DNA of 63,359 nt, filler included, from Octopus bimaculoides (GCF_001194135.2; 8 parts of 7 records of this genome joined end to end with filler, not necessarily neighbours in it); one strand, 5' to 3'. Counted from the first letter of the whole stretch, positions 27,240 to 41,079 are shown. Notes: a model not told the origin generated them from the letters alone. Translations and numbers: made by a program.

Positions 27240-27440
27240 AAACAGGAGAGACATATTGGCAGTTACTCAAGAGAATGGCCGAAAATGTTGATTTAAGAGA
27301 GCTCATACGCGACAGCTTGAAGTCTCGGATATTATAAGTGAACATTAGTTCTGCGTACTTTGAAGTTGCTGTGCGAGTCAAGCAAGACTGCGCGTTATTG
27401 TCATTTTATTTATCAGTGAAACTCGAGGAGGCATTCTGCA
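27240..27440 (+). pseudogene. Degenerate non-LTR retrotransposon RT fragment (RTE-like)
   Basis: ETYWQLLKRMAENVDLRELIRDSLKSRIL*VNISSAYFEVAVRVKQDCALLSFYLSVKLEE resembles the LW..L...G...LI.LI...F.V..GV.QGC.LSP.LF segment of APE-LINE RTs; judged by eye only. Confidence 0.45.
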
Positions 27441-28109
27441 ACACAAAATCTCTTTTCTTGTTCGTATCCATGCAGACAAGACTGGTTAGAACAACTACTG
27501 TAATGATGAAGCATAATGAGGTAGAAACACGCTTTTTCCCAGACAATCAGAGCTCTTTTTATAACGACATGAGTATTTCAAAGACGTCTTCATTATTGAA
27601 ATTATATTTCCCTTCTCATTCGAAGTGGATCATAAAATTCACGAAGCGTATAGTTATTCGAATAGTTGGTGAATTTACCAGGTATGTGTTTCAATATAAC
27701 TTTATTCTACTTTATTCCCTCTGTACTACTTTAAGTATGTATGCATGTATGTATTATGTATGTATGTACGTATGCATGTATTTATCTATCAATCTATATA
27801 TCTAGCTATCTCTTTATATATNNNNNNNNNNNNNNNNNNNNNNNNNNNNNNNNNNNNNNNNNNNNNNNNNNNNNNNNNNNNNNNNNNNNNNNNNNATATA
27901 TATATATATATATATATACAGCCGGCAAGATTTAGCCACGAATACTGCTATCTCGTCTTAAACCGCAAGACTTTTACGATCGTAACATGAGACATATCAA
28001 TTTTTGTCTTTTATCCGGGCTTTGGCAGTACGTCTGCTTGATCACAGCTTATCAATTGTTAAATAACCTCAACATCAAAAAGGAAATGCATTAAAAAACA
28101 GCAACGTGA

Positions 28110-28330
28110 TACAGCCTCCATAAATTCGTTTCTAACGTAAGTTATGTAATGCTACGTTTCCTAGTTCATTGCAGAATCTAGGAAAAATTATAAACGATTA
28201 CAGTAAATCACAAAGATCGGTGTCATCTGTTTTATTGACATCCAATTGATGAAGAACGCTGTTGAACCAAATAGATTTAAGTTCGATATAGTTTCATCAT
28301 TTACAAAATTGCAATTGAACTTAAACGTCA
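28110..28330 (+). pseudogene. Degenerate Penelope-like RT fragment
   Basis: FVSNV and FIDIQLMKNAVEPNRFKFDIVSSFTKLQL resemble the PLE RT motifs PIVSN and LEPN...SFDVVSLFTKVP; frameshifted; judged by eye only. Confidence 0.4.
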
Positions 28331-28774
28331 ACGGGAATGACTACGACACAAATAACTATGTACTAAATTATAGCCACCATTGAAAATGAAGCCAGACTCG
28401 CTGGACATTGAATGCTAGAAGAATGTCCGACACAAGAATATTGTAACAAGAATACTGAATATTGTAAGTGACAAGATTAATGGTCGAAAGGTATATCTAA
28501 GAAACGAAAAAATTTAATAGCACCAGCGTGGAAGCATGCTCTTATTCAAGAAACAAACTAACAACTAAGAAAATGTAGCTGAAGATAAGATGAACCGGAA
28601 GCAAGCATGCAAAAGGGAAGCAGTTATTGCGCGTGTAATATAAAATCCCGGCAGAGCATTCGGCGATTGTAATTTCTGCAGCTTCAGTTTTTGTGTTGAA
28701 CTAATCATCAAAACATTCGGAATGCATAGCAAACGTATAAGAAAAACCTTTAATAACACCGATGCAGAAACATC

Positions 28775-28898
28775 GGCGGGCGAGCTGGCAGAAACGTTAG
28801 CACGGCGGGCGAAATGCTTAGCGGTATTTTGTCTGCCGTTACGTTCTGACTTCAAATTCCGCCGAGGTCGACTTTGCCTTTCATCTTTCGGGGTCGAT
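28775..28898 (+). mobile_element. SINE family A, 3'-truncated
   Basis: ggcgggcgagctggcagaaacgttagcacggcgggcgaaatgcttagcgg...ttcggggtcgat. Confidence 0.9.
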
Positions 28899-29230
28899 AC
28901 CGTTGTGAATCACAGTTAAGTTCCCGTTTACGACTAACCACATCGATCAGTATTTAACATCCGTAACTGCTATTGTTAGTCATTCTGTGAAATCCTCCGA
29001 TTGGTAATACTGTGTTCGCTTCGCTGGACAGTAATATTGTCTGGAATATATATTAGTGATAATTATATAAAGAGTAAGAGGATGAACAAGTCTCCATACT
29101 CTTTAAAAAAAAAATATATNNNNNNNNNNNNNNNNNNNNNNNNNNNNNNNNNNTGTGTGTGTGTGTGTGTGTGTGTGTTTGTGTATGTAAGTAGAAACAT
29201 ACCATAGTATGTAAATAATGCATTTGAAGC

Positions 29231-29361
29231 CTTCAAAATTTGGTGCAAGGCTATCAGTTTTTAAGGAGAGGGGACAACTCGGTTATATCGACCTCAAGTA
29301 CTTGACTGGCGCTTCTTTTATCAACACGGAGAGAATGATGGGCAATGTCGACATTGGCGGA
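29231..29361 (-). mobile_element. SINE family A 3' fragment, degenerate
   Basis: Reverse complement of the core and tail (tcgacc...tacttgactgg...tcgac..tggcgga; caaaatttggtgcaaggc). Confidence 0.55.
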
Positions 29362-30093
29362 TGCAACTGAAAATAATAGCTTGTAATATAGCGGGGTGAA
29401 AAATCCGTCGGGGTGGAAAAGGCCGTAGAGTGCGGCCAGATGTATTCTGCCCCGAAGAGAAGAAGGTCGATTTCCGCAACTGAGCACTGCTTTTCTTTCG
29501 ATTAAGCAGTTCTTATCCGTCTTTACGACAAGGTGTCATTTATAGCTGAATTGTATTGTAGATACAGCGTTAGATAAACACAAACACATACGCGTACACA
29601 CAGACATACGCGTACACACACACATACATTCACGCGCACACACACATTCACACGCACACATGCAATCACAATAATTGAATAATACTTATAATAATTGAAT
29701 CGATAGAATTAATGCTTCTGAAGTGGATAAACAAGAGTGTTGCAAAACAACATTCTCATCAACAATAGCAACAATAACAACTTAGGTATGTATCCAGACA
29801 AAAAAATGGGCAGTAATATTATAATAAAATTTTTTTAAAAAAACAGGAGCACAAGTACAACAGCAACAGGTCTTAAGACGGACAACGACAGAAACATTAA
29901 CATGTATCACACATATAATTATTTGTTTTTCTTGTTATTATTGTTATTATTATTGCCCTCAATAACGCTGTTCAATAGAATGTACTCGATCACTAACGTG
30001 TCTGTTCTATCTTTAAAATGTCTTATGTGACAAAGGCAACAAAAATATATACATCTGAGTATTTAATAACGTAAGTAATACATCCTTCAATCT

Positions 30094-30300
30094 GGCGGCG
30101 AGCTGGCAGACTGGTTAGCACGAAATACTTACCAGTATTTCGTCTGTCTTTACGTTCTGAGTTCAAATTCCGCCGAGGTCGGCTTTGTCTTTCATCATTT
30201 CGGGGTCGATAAATTAAATATCAGCTGTGCACTGGGTCGATCTAATCGACTGGCCCCCTCTCCCAAAATTTCGGGCCTTGTGCCTAGAGAAGAAAAGAAT
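30094..30300 (+). mobile_element. SINE family A
   Basis: ggcggcgagctggcaga...ttctgagttcaaattccgccgagg...aaaatttcgggccttgtgcctagagaagaaaag. Confidence 0.9.
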
Positions 30301-30362
30301 ATATCCCTTAATCTATATAAATATACATTTACACACACACACACCCATATATATATATATAT

Positions 30363-30407
<45 letters not shown>

Positions 30408-30980
30408 ACAAATAATAAATGAGTATATGCATATATACGTACAGGTATGTGCATACCTACGTGTACCTGTATATTTAGGTGCATATCTGGGTACAGGACA
30501 TTGCAAACAAAACGTAGACAAGAAAAAAATAATAACCAGAGTACAGAAAACACACCAAGCCACATAGAGAACATTTTCCTTCATCAGCTACGCCCGTTTT
30601 AACACCGTATATATGTATATGTTTATATGTTTATATATGCATAAATGGAAACCTTCAAGCATGCATACATTTATAATTACATAAATGCACACTTAAACCC
30701 ATGTGTATACACACAAACGAGTTTGCATATATGTGTATTTCTATGTATGTATATTGTTATAATATGGAATGTTCCTTTTTGCCAATCGATAGATAGCTAG
30801 ATAGATAGATAGGTATTCTTATATGCATACAAGCATACGTATATGCAATATTTATTTACGTGTAATGTACATGGAAATTATATACAATATCTATATTTAT
30901 ATGTATATAGATACATATAATATATATATATATATATATGTATATACGAGCACACACACATATATATAAACATATATATG

Positions 30981-31042
<62 letters not shown>

Positions 31043-31471
31043 CATCAACATTTACACGTGCATATGCATTTAAATATGCATGCATCCGTTTGAATGTGCG
31101 TATATGTAATTATGTGTGGGCGTACGTGTGTTTGAATGTAGAAAAGAAACACTTTGTATGTATTGAACTATTGATCACACAGCAAAAGACCAATCAAGCC
31201 TTTTAGCTATTATAAAAGAAGCAACTATTGTTAGTTTTGTTTCCTATTTTTACAGCCGTTTTCCAACTCCCGAACCCACATCCGCACGAACACACGTCGT
31301 AACGCTGTCTGAATCAAACACGTGTATGTACACATGCACGCACATAAATATATATATAATACGGATTGTAAATATGCATGCCTAGCGACGAGAAGAACGC
31401 ATTGTTTATATACGATGCTTCATAAGTAAACAACGAATACATTACTCAAGATGTTTAATATATAAATATAT

Positions 31472-32477
31472 ATGGGGTTGGACAAAATAATGGAAACACT
31501 TAAAATTTCAAACAAGGACCGATTTTGGCAGTAATTACAGCTTGAATTCAATGAGGTATGAACTCGTACAAAGATTGAATTGTTTCCAAAGTAAGTTTTG
31601 TCCATTCTTCAGCTAAAACAGTCTCTAGTTCTTGTAGTGATGATGGTGTAAGATATCGACTCCTTACATTTTTGTCTAAAATGCACCATAAATGTTCAAT
31701 AATATTGAGATCTGGGGACTGTGGTCGCCAGATAAGATGCTCAACTTCACTAAAATGTTCCTCGTGTCATTCAGTAACAACCTTAGCTATGTATACTCGG
31801 CCGGTGGTCGGATAAAAGGTAAAGGATGACTTGTCCCAGAAAATGACATCATTCAACCACTCTATGGACCAATTCTGTAGGCTTTTACTCCTCTCTAAAT
31901 GCTTTGCAACATTTGTTTTTGAAAGTAGTAGTTTACTGATTCCAGCCCTCCCGTGAAATCCGGCTTTGTGCACCTCCCGGCGAACAGTTTTTATGGAAAC
32001 TGGGTTCTCGAGGTGGTCATTAAGCTCTGCAGTAATCTTGGGAGCTGTAGTTTTGTGATCCTTTCTAACAATTCGTGTAAGAATCCGACGGTCCCTATCT
32101 GAAAGTTTTGGTTTTCTTCCGGAGTTTCGCTTCGACGAGGAGGTTTTTTTCTCTTTCTCAAAGACTGTCATTACTTTCGAGACAGTATTTCTTGATACAC
32201 CAAGCATTTCGGCTGTTTTCGTTACGCTAGCACCTGCCATACGAGCACCAACAATCTGACCTCTTTGAAAGTCCGATAGATCTGTCATTTTAATGAATTT
32301 TAATTACCTTCTTCTGATGATATCTGAAAAGAAACAGCAATTTTAGCAAAACCTGTTAAGCAACACTAATAATAATTCAAAAAACATAAAAATAAACTAG
32401 CTTTTGACGGTTTCATAGATATTTCAAAATTATAAGGCTATGATGCTAGGTGTTTCCATTATTTTATCCAACCCCTG
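31472..32477 (-). mobile_element. Tc1-family transposon, internally deleted (~1.0 kb), both TIRs present
   Basis: TIRs ggggttggacaaaataatggaaacac (31474-31499) and gtgtttccattattttatccaacccctg (32450-32477), followed by TA; transposase lies inside. Confidence 0.92.
31500..32288 (-). pseudogene. Tc1 transposase with in-frame internal deletion and two nonsense codons
   Basis: MTDLSDFQRGQIVGARMAG..GRKPKL.. paired HTH domain; VIFWDKSSF (first D); then directly IAKVVTE*HEEH..WRPQSPDLNIIEHLW (catalytic E) in the same frame; TGA at 31767-31769 and 31548-31550, TAA at 31500-31502. Confidence 0.92.
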
Positions 32478-33208
32478 TATATATTTCCTGTTGCTCTGCG
32501 ATCATTCCGACATCTGACATGTGGACCCTGTTGCACTTGTACAGGTAATGTCGATCTGATGGAGGGAGTATCTGTGTAGTTGTGCTTATATAATGTGTGT
32601 GTGCATGTGTGTAAGCATAGCCATACGTATAGATATTTGCAGATATATATTGATAGGAATTGCATAAATCAGGTGTTACGGCTTTGAATTTAGCGATGCA
32701 GTTTCCAAATGCCATTCATTCGATTTCGATTCTTTAACAGCCGCATTGTGTGCAGCTGTCTACATGGAAAAGAAACTAAAGTAAAATGAAGACAAATATA
32801 TTGCCTCTTTATTTATATAACTAATATTGATTTCCGCCCAGTTTCCGCAATAACCATGCGCAAGGTACATGCTTATAATAACCATAAAATACATAGAAAC
32901 CACACAAGTACATACACATGCCCCCCCCCCCTCACACACACACACACGCAACACACATTCATTATAAAACATCGCAACAAACGAAATGGAATGTGGCCTC
33001 TGAAAAAAAGCTTTTTATGTCTTTTGCCAATTATAAATATATGACCTGTGATAAATTTTGTTGGTCTGTTAATATTCTTAATCAATGAATCTGTTTATCT
33101 TTTTATATNNNNNNNNNNNNNNNNNNNNNNNNNNNNNNNNNNNNNNNNNNNNTTAATTAATTAANNNNNNNNNNNNNNNNNNNNNNNNNNNNNNNNNNNN
33201 NNNNNNNN

Positions 33209-33675
33209 ACCTTAACCAGTTGAACATGTCCCTTGGTGGCTGACGATATGTGCATCTCTGATCATGAACAGAAGTAGTGGGGGAGCATCATAGCCATGTG
33301 TTGAGAGGAATTCTTTGGTGCTTGAATAATTCACCTTTGGAAACATGGGTGTTTTGCTCAACATCCTTAAACAAACCTTATTCAGGGGCCTTTTGAGCGG
33401 GATGGGCTACTCGACCTGAAGAAAATTCTAACTGGGCCCCACCTGATATGAAGTCACCATGTCGCGTACATATGGTTGTGATGCATGTGCCTGGTGTACC
33501 CTTATCAGACGGGTAGTCATGATGGGTATACTGGGCTTTGTATATTTGTACCCNNNNNNNNNNTGTACCCTTATCAGACGGGTAGTCATGATGGGTATAC
33601 TGGGCTTTGTATATTTGTACCCCAGTGTCATTTTGATGGCATGCACTGCTCTCTCACTCAATAAAAATAATAATA
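33209..33675 (+). mobile_element. Possible 3' end of an unclassified non-LTR retroelement
   Basis: GC-richer complex sequence ending abruptly in ctcactc-AATAAA-(AAT)n; small hairpin tatac-tgggcttt-gtata near the end; no coding homology recognised. Confidence 0.3.
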
Positions 33676-34186
33676 ATGATAATGATGATGATGATGATGA
33701 TCATGATGATGATGATGATGATGATAACCATAATATAAAACGAAATATGAAGAGAACGAGAAGAAGAAGAAGTAAGAAAGAAAGAAAGAATGAAAGATAG
33801 AAGAAATGAAGAAGGAAAGAAAGAACAAGTCGAAAATAAAATAATGACGATGGAAGCAAATGAAAGACAATATTTGAAAACGAATAAAAATAGAAAACAA
33901 CAAAATCAACGTGGACCGGATGGTTGGAAGAAGGAAGGAAGGAAGGAATGAAGGAAGAAAGGAAGGAAGGAATGATGGAAGGAAAAATGGACAGATTATT
34001 AATGGTTCCAGTAAACATGAACACCAAGGCAAGATATCAATTTATTAAGCCACTTTTTTTTATTCTTTCTTGACGAGACAGAAAAAAAGGACGAAATATC
34101 GAAAACTGCTGTTGTCACTAAGGTTGCTGCCACTCCTGCTAAAGTTGTTGTTGTTGTTGTTGTTGTGGTGGTGGTGGTGGTGGTGG

Positions 34187-34242
<56 letters not shown>

Positions 34243-34305
34243 TTGGTGTTGATGATGATGATGATGATGATGATGATTATTATTATTATGTTGATGATGA
34301 TGATT

Positions 34306-34391
<86 letters not shown>

Positions 34392-34577
34392 GGTGATGAT
34401 AATGAAGATGACAATGGTGTTGATGATGATGATAACGAGGATGATGACGATAATGATGATGGCGACGATGTTGATGAAGGGGAGAAAGGGGAGAAGGGGA
34501 ATGAAGATGATAAATATGGTGAGGATGATGACGATAATGATCGTGATGGCGTAGACGACAATAGCAAAGACGACGAT

Positions 34578-34612
<35 letters not shown>

Positions 34613-34730
34613 AACGGATGATGGAGATGATAATGTTTTCGATAAATGGAAGTAATTGGAAGAATAACACCAGCAGCAGCAGTAACAGCAGCAGTAACAG
34701 CAGCAGTAACAGCAGTAGCAGTCACCATCG

Positions 34731-34803
<73 letters not shown>

Positions 34804-34825
34804 GTAGTAGTAGTAGTAGTAGAAA
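33660..34825. repeat. Compound trinucleotide/tetranucleotide microsatellite field (GAT, GAA, GGAA, GTT, GGT, GCC, CAG, ATT, AGT)
   Basis: Direct reading; it explains the poly-I, poly-H, poly-M and poly-S ORFs. Confidence 0.9.
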
Positions 34826-35929
34826 CAACATAATCACTATTACGCAGCATCAAATATATACCTGAATGTTAGTCCGTATCTTGAGAAATCAGAGTTTCAT
34901 ATGCAACATATTATGTTCATAGCATTTATTGTTGGTTATTCAGTGCTACAATGAATTATATACATACATATATATGTATACATACATACATACATACATA
35001 CATACATACATACATACATACATACATACATACAAACATAAATACATACATACGTACATACCCGGGAGACCTCTGAAACAGCTGTAAGACATGAAGTATT
35101 TCTACAACTTCTGTTTTGATTCACCTTACTCTAATTAAAATTCTTGACTTATTAAGGAATCATCGATACTACATGATGGATTAAACCAAATATCTGGATC
35201 TTCTGAGTATATAAGTGAAGGTGTGTCTCTATGTATACTAACTTTTTATTGAAGTAATTTCAAGTTGGTGCGCTGTTATATTAGGAAAGAGCCCTGATAA
35301 AGCTCTCTCTTACCGAGCATGAATAAGAGGTGTAATGTTTTTAATTACAGCCAGAGATATTGGAAATTCTCTTCATATACGGTATTATTTGTCTTTCTGT
35401 AGAACTGATATATTACAGTATTTAAATGTATTGTTAGTGTTCTGTCTCTAAAGTTGGCTATTGTAAAGCTAGTGATGATACTTATGCTTAAATCGTACTT
35501 AAATATTCCTATTAAATCTCGTCTAAACCTACCCATGACGTGGTTATTCATACTGTAGGAAATTGCTTCGTCATTAACACTGCATTGTCCGGAGTCATGA
35601 AGGTGTAATTTCTAGGTGTGTCTATAGTGAACAATCCTTCATCTTCGGCTATCTTAGCTTCATCATAGACCCCTCCCCCATAAGAACGTCGAACAATCAG
35701 CCTCGTTTTTGATATTGTGCAAATCATTGTGGTACAAGAGTGCATTTCTTATATTCATTTATAGTACTGATGTCTGCATCATTAACTTTGAGGAATTATT
35801 TCTGCACACCAAAACCCTACAGATTGGTGGATAAACAAGCATTATGTGAAATTAGGTGACGCTGCAATATAATTTCTGCCGTTCCATTCTTTTACTATTA
35901 TAATACTACTAATGGTAATATTAATTACA

Positions 35930-35989
35930 AGAATGACCTTGTAAAGATTGACCTTGTAAAGAATGACCTTGTACAGAATGACCTTGTAA
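35930..35989 (+). repeat. Minisatellite, 4 x 15 bp (AGAATGACCTTGTAA)
   Basis: Units start at 35930, 35945, 35960 and 35975, each with at most 1 mismatch. Confidence 0.95.
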
Positions 35990-36336
35990 ATTACTTTAAA
36001 CGTATTCTTAAAAGACTTGACAAACTAGCATTTGAAGCTAGAGAGCTAATTGGACTTATGATCGTTAAGAGTAATATATGGTTTGCGTACAGCGAGTTGG
36101 AATACAAAATATTTTATTGGTAGCCATGGCTCTATCGATAGAATATTATTGCATTTGTCATATTCAATGAATAAAACAGTCATTGTTAGAAAGAAACGTC
36201 TACCCCTCTCGTCTTTCTTCACGTGCTTTCACGTGCGTGTTCATGTGTATAACATTGTTGTAATATCTAATGTGAATGTAAATGTATATGTATATACATA
36301 TACACATACACACATATACACAAACGCATGTATGTA

Positions 36337-36373
<37 letters not shown>

Positions 36374-36705
36374 GATTTAAACACGGCTGTTACCACTAAT
36401 TTAACAATACCTAAATTTGTAGAAATAGCAATAGATGTAGAGGTAGTATATGCATATGCATGTGTGTGTGTGTGTGTGCGTATGCGCGCGCGCGTTTGCG
36501 CGAGTATGTGTTTGTGTGTGTGTGCGTACGTACATGTGCGTGCGCATGTGCGGGAGTGTTTGTGTTGTGCTCCGGATTCTTGAAACCCATCCTACTTTCC
36601 TAACTTAAGCTCTGAATTTAATTTATCTAAATCTTCAGTCACGTAATATCATGGAGATTTACCACGTGTTTAGATGAATTAAGACGCATTTTATGGAATG
36701 CATGC

Positions 36706-36774
<69 letters not shown>

Positions 36775-36986
36775 CATATATACATATGTATACAAGCATA
36801 AATAGAACCAACAATATATATATGCATATTTATGTGTGTATACAAGCTTATCTACCAATATGTACATAACCTTTCATTATCTGAACGGTTCATTCGAACA
36901 GCGAAAAACTGCTCACGATAAGAATTATTGTAGTTTTATTTTGTTTCCAATTTAGTAACAAAAGCATGAATACAAACAGAATACTA

Positions 36987-36987
36987 A

Positions 36988-37069
<82 letters not shown>

Positions 37070-37136
37070 TAAGATTATATAAGTCGTAATATTAATGATG
37101 ATGAAATTATAATTATGATCATTATTATTCTTATTC

Positions 37137-37194
<58 letters not shown>

Positions 37195-37230
37195 TAATAA
37201 TAATAATAATAATAATGACAATAATAATAA
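36987..37230 (+). repeat. (TAA)n microsatellite cluster
   Basis: Direct reading of the sequence. Confidence 0.9.
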
Positions 37231-37466
37231 TTGGTGTTATTTTTGTTATCAACATCAATATCATTGAAAGAATGACGAAACGAGCGATTGGATAAATCTG
37301 AATAATAAATAATGAATGACTATGAAAAAAGAACAGGTTTACTTGAAAGATAAAGAAAAAAGATCAAAACCTAAAATAGATGGAAATTAAATAGATCACA
37401 TATAACTGTACTATATTGAGTAAGGCAATAAAGTGAGTGAAAGAGAGGGAGAGAGAGAGAGAGAGT

Positions 37467-37513
<47 letters not shown>

Positions 37514-37570
37514 CGAGAGAGAGAGAGAGAGAGTGATGTATGCATACGGATATGCTCGTCCACACGCACG

Positions 37571-37608
<38 letters not shown>

Positions 37609-38710
37609 NNNNNNNNNNNNNNNNNNNNNNNNNNNNNNNNNNNNNNNNNNNNNNNNNNNNNNNNNNNNNNNNNNNNNNNNNNNNNNNNNNNNNNNNNNNN
37701 NNNNNNNNNNNNNNNNNNNNNNNNNNNNNNNNNNNNNNNNNNNNNNNNNNNNNNNNNNNNNNNNNNNNNNNNNNNNNNNNNNNNNNNNNNNNNNNNNNNN
37801 NNNNNNNNNNNNNNNNNNNNNNNNNNNNNNNNNNNNNNNNNNNNNNNNNNNNNNNNNNNNNNNNNNNNNNNNNNNNNNNNNNNNNNNNNNNNNNNNNNNN
37901 NNNNNNNNNNNNNNNNNNNNNNNNNNNNNNNNNNNNNNNNNNNNNNNNNNNNNNNNNNNNNNNNNNNNNNNNNNNNNNNNNNNNNNNNNNNNNNNNNNNN
38001 NNNNNNNNNNNNNNNNNNNNNNNNNNNNNNNNNNNNNNNNNNNNNNNNNNNNNNNNNNNNNNNNNNNNNNNNNNNNNNNNNNNNNNNNNNNNNNNNNNNN
38101 NNNNNNNNNNNNNNNNNNNNNNNNNNNNNNNNNNNNNNNNNNNNNNNNNNNNNNNNNNNNNNNNNNNNNNNNNNNNNNNNNNNNNNNNNNNNNNNNNNNN
38201 NNNNNNNNNNNNNNNNNNNNNNNNNNNNNNNNNNNNNNNNNNNNNNNNNNNNNNNNNNNNNNNNNNNNNNNNNNNNNNNNNNNNNNNNNNNNNNNNNNNN
38301 NNNNNNNNNNNNNNNNNNNNNNNNNNNNNNNNNNNNNNNNNNNNNNNNNNNNNNNNNNNNNNNNNNNNNNNNNNNNNNNNNNNNNNNNNNNNNNNNNNNN
38401 NNNNNNNNNNNNNNNNNNNNNNNNNNNNNNNNNNNNNNNNNNNNNNNNNNNNNNNNNNNNNNNNNNNNNNNNNNNNNNNNNNNNNNNNNNNNNNNNNNNN
38501 NNNNNTATATATGTATGTATGAACATATAAGTAAAAGTATACATATACGTACACACACATATAAGACAAAAATAAAGACGAGTTTTCATTTGAAGGTGAT
38601 GATAATAAATGATATTAAGTGTTATTAAAGGATATCATATGGCATGCATATATGTAATTGTATATTTTCATCTCTGCAACTATCTATTCATATATCTCTC
38701 TATATGTATG

Positions 38711-38746
<36 letters not shown>

Positions 38747-38927
38747 TTCACACACTTACATATACACATACACACGTAAATACGTAACTGTATGTGTTAA
38801 TGAAAACAATATTCACTGAAGGCCTTATATTAACTAATAACTGTTACAGACTGTAAATAGCTAACCGGTAATTATAGTTTAAAAATGCATCATAGCCTTA
38901 AAGCTAGAAGGAGATAGATAGGTAGAT

Positions 38928-38964
<37 letters not shown>

Positions 38965-39142
38965 AAGAGAGAACTGGAGAGGGATTGAAGGGGTAAGGAT
39001 CTCTCTCTCTCTCTCTCTCTCTCTCTTTCACACACACACACTCATACACACATGTATGTGCATATACAGATTTATATTATATGCATGTGAAGTGTATAGA
39101 AATGATATTAATGAGAATAATTACATGATATTCCTGCTACTA

Positions 39143-39145
39143 CAA

Positions 39146-39198
<53 letters not shown>

Positions 39199-39205
39199 CA
39201 CCACC

Positions 39206-39251
<46 letters not shown>

Positions 39252-39360
39252 ATGATAATGATAACAATCACAACAACAGTAACAACGAAGATTGCGGTGA
39301 TAAAAATGATGATGATGATGATGATGATGAATATTAATAATAATGATCACATTAATGATG

Positions 39361-39421
<61 letters not shown>

Positions 39422-39500
39422 TAATAACAATAACGACAGCCACAACGACAATGCTCATGCTAATGATAATGAGAATGATAATAATAGCAACAATAGCAAT

Positions 39501-39583
<83 letters not shown>

Positions 39584-39620
39584 TAATAATCATTAGGATA
39601 ATAATAAAAAAACGATGATG
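39143..39620 (+). repeat. Compound trinucleotide field (ACT, ACC, GAT, AAT, AAC)
   Basis: Direct reading of the sequence. Confidence 0.9.
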
Positions 39621-40294
39621 ATAATATAGAATTTGAGCGAGACGGCGACACAGATAATTATCTAGCCATTGAGGAAATAAATATTCAGCGTTAACTAACC
39701 TCCGGATATAATCGATGATTTAAACGATCTTTTAATTACGGTCAGGTACAAATGAAGATCAGATCAAGAATTCTTCGAAACACAAAGCATCCAATAAAAA
39801 ATATGTCTCCATTTATCATATATATATTTTTTACATTTTTACTATTTCTTTCTTGTGTTTTTTCTTCAATTACTTTTTTTTATTTCTTTTTCTTATTTGT
39901 TATTTCGCTTTATTTAGTATATTTATTTTTGGAGGGGCAGTTTTTTTCCTTTGTCATCTGCCTTCACTAATTTCTTTCTTTCCTTTTTTTTCTTTTTCTT
40001 TTTTTTTTTTTGCTTTCTCCTCTTTTTTCTTGTTTTGAAGGGAATTTAAATTCCATTTTTAATAATCTTTCGTTCTTTGTTCGTTTTGGATCGTCAAACA
40101 ATCAGCCTCTTTTTTTTTTACTTCTTCTTGATAGAATACGAATCATTGTGGTACGAGAGTGTCGCCATTCTAGCGTTCATTATTATCTGGGTTTNNNNNN
40201 NNNNNNNNNNNNNNNNNNNNNNNNNNNNNNNNNNNNNNTTAATTAATTAANNNNNNNNNNNNNNNNNNNNNNNNNNNNNNNNNNNNNNNNNNNN

Positions 40295-40341
<47 letters not shown>

Positions 40342-40498
40342 CATATATATATATATACATAAATACATATATACATATATACATATATGTACAAACATAT
40401 ATATACATATATATACAAACATATATATACATATATATACATATATATATATATACATATATATATATACATATATATATAGACATATATATATATAC

Positions 40499-40529
<31 letters not shown>

Positions 40530-41031
40530 CATATATATATATACATATATATATATATACATATATATATGTATGTATATACCGAAAGAGACGTACAAAC
40601 ATAGAAATGTGTCTGCATTGTTATACATATATGGGTGCATCTATGTGTGTGATATACTCATAACTGTATCCAGCGTGCAACCATCCATCTGTCCATGCAT
40701 ACGTACAGTCAGACAGACATTATGTTTAGTTATCTATATGGACTATACCAACAAAGCGTTCCCTTTAACAAACCTGATAATCTTAAGCCATATTCTACCT
40801 CTTTAAACCAGTAAACGTAAGAACGATCTAAAATTTTATCTCTAATCGTCTCTTATGATGTCCCAACGTTTTTAACATTATCACGCCGATTCAGCTTAGA
40901 AGCCTGTACGTGATCGATCTCTTGAGCATGAAGAAATCACAAACAAATCACACTCATTTCTCACACTCACCAACAGATACAACAATAGCATTAGCAAACG
41001 TATTTCCTATACTGAGAGTTCTCCTTCGGGG

Positions 41032-41079
<48 letters not shown>

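Noticed and set aside
33495-33622. Perfect 59-bp direct repeat either side of a 10-N gap
   Set aside because: Typical overlap of contig ends at a negative gap; the unit begins and ends with tgtaccc, which explains the unresolved join. Treated as an artefact.
33999-34837. Poly-I, poly-H, poly-M and poly-S ORFs of 129-223 aa
   Set aside because: Alternative frames of the trinucleotide field; only the Asp-rich frame was kept as a low-confidence finding.
35345-35745. Two short minus-strand ORFs including RRSYGGGVYDEAK (faint Tc3-like GGG motif)
   Set aside because: No further DDE motifs; could not be assigned.
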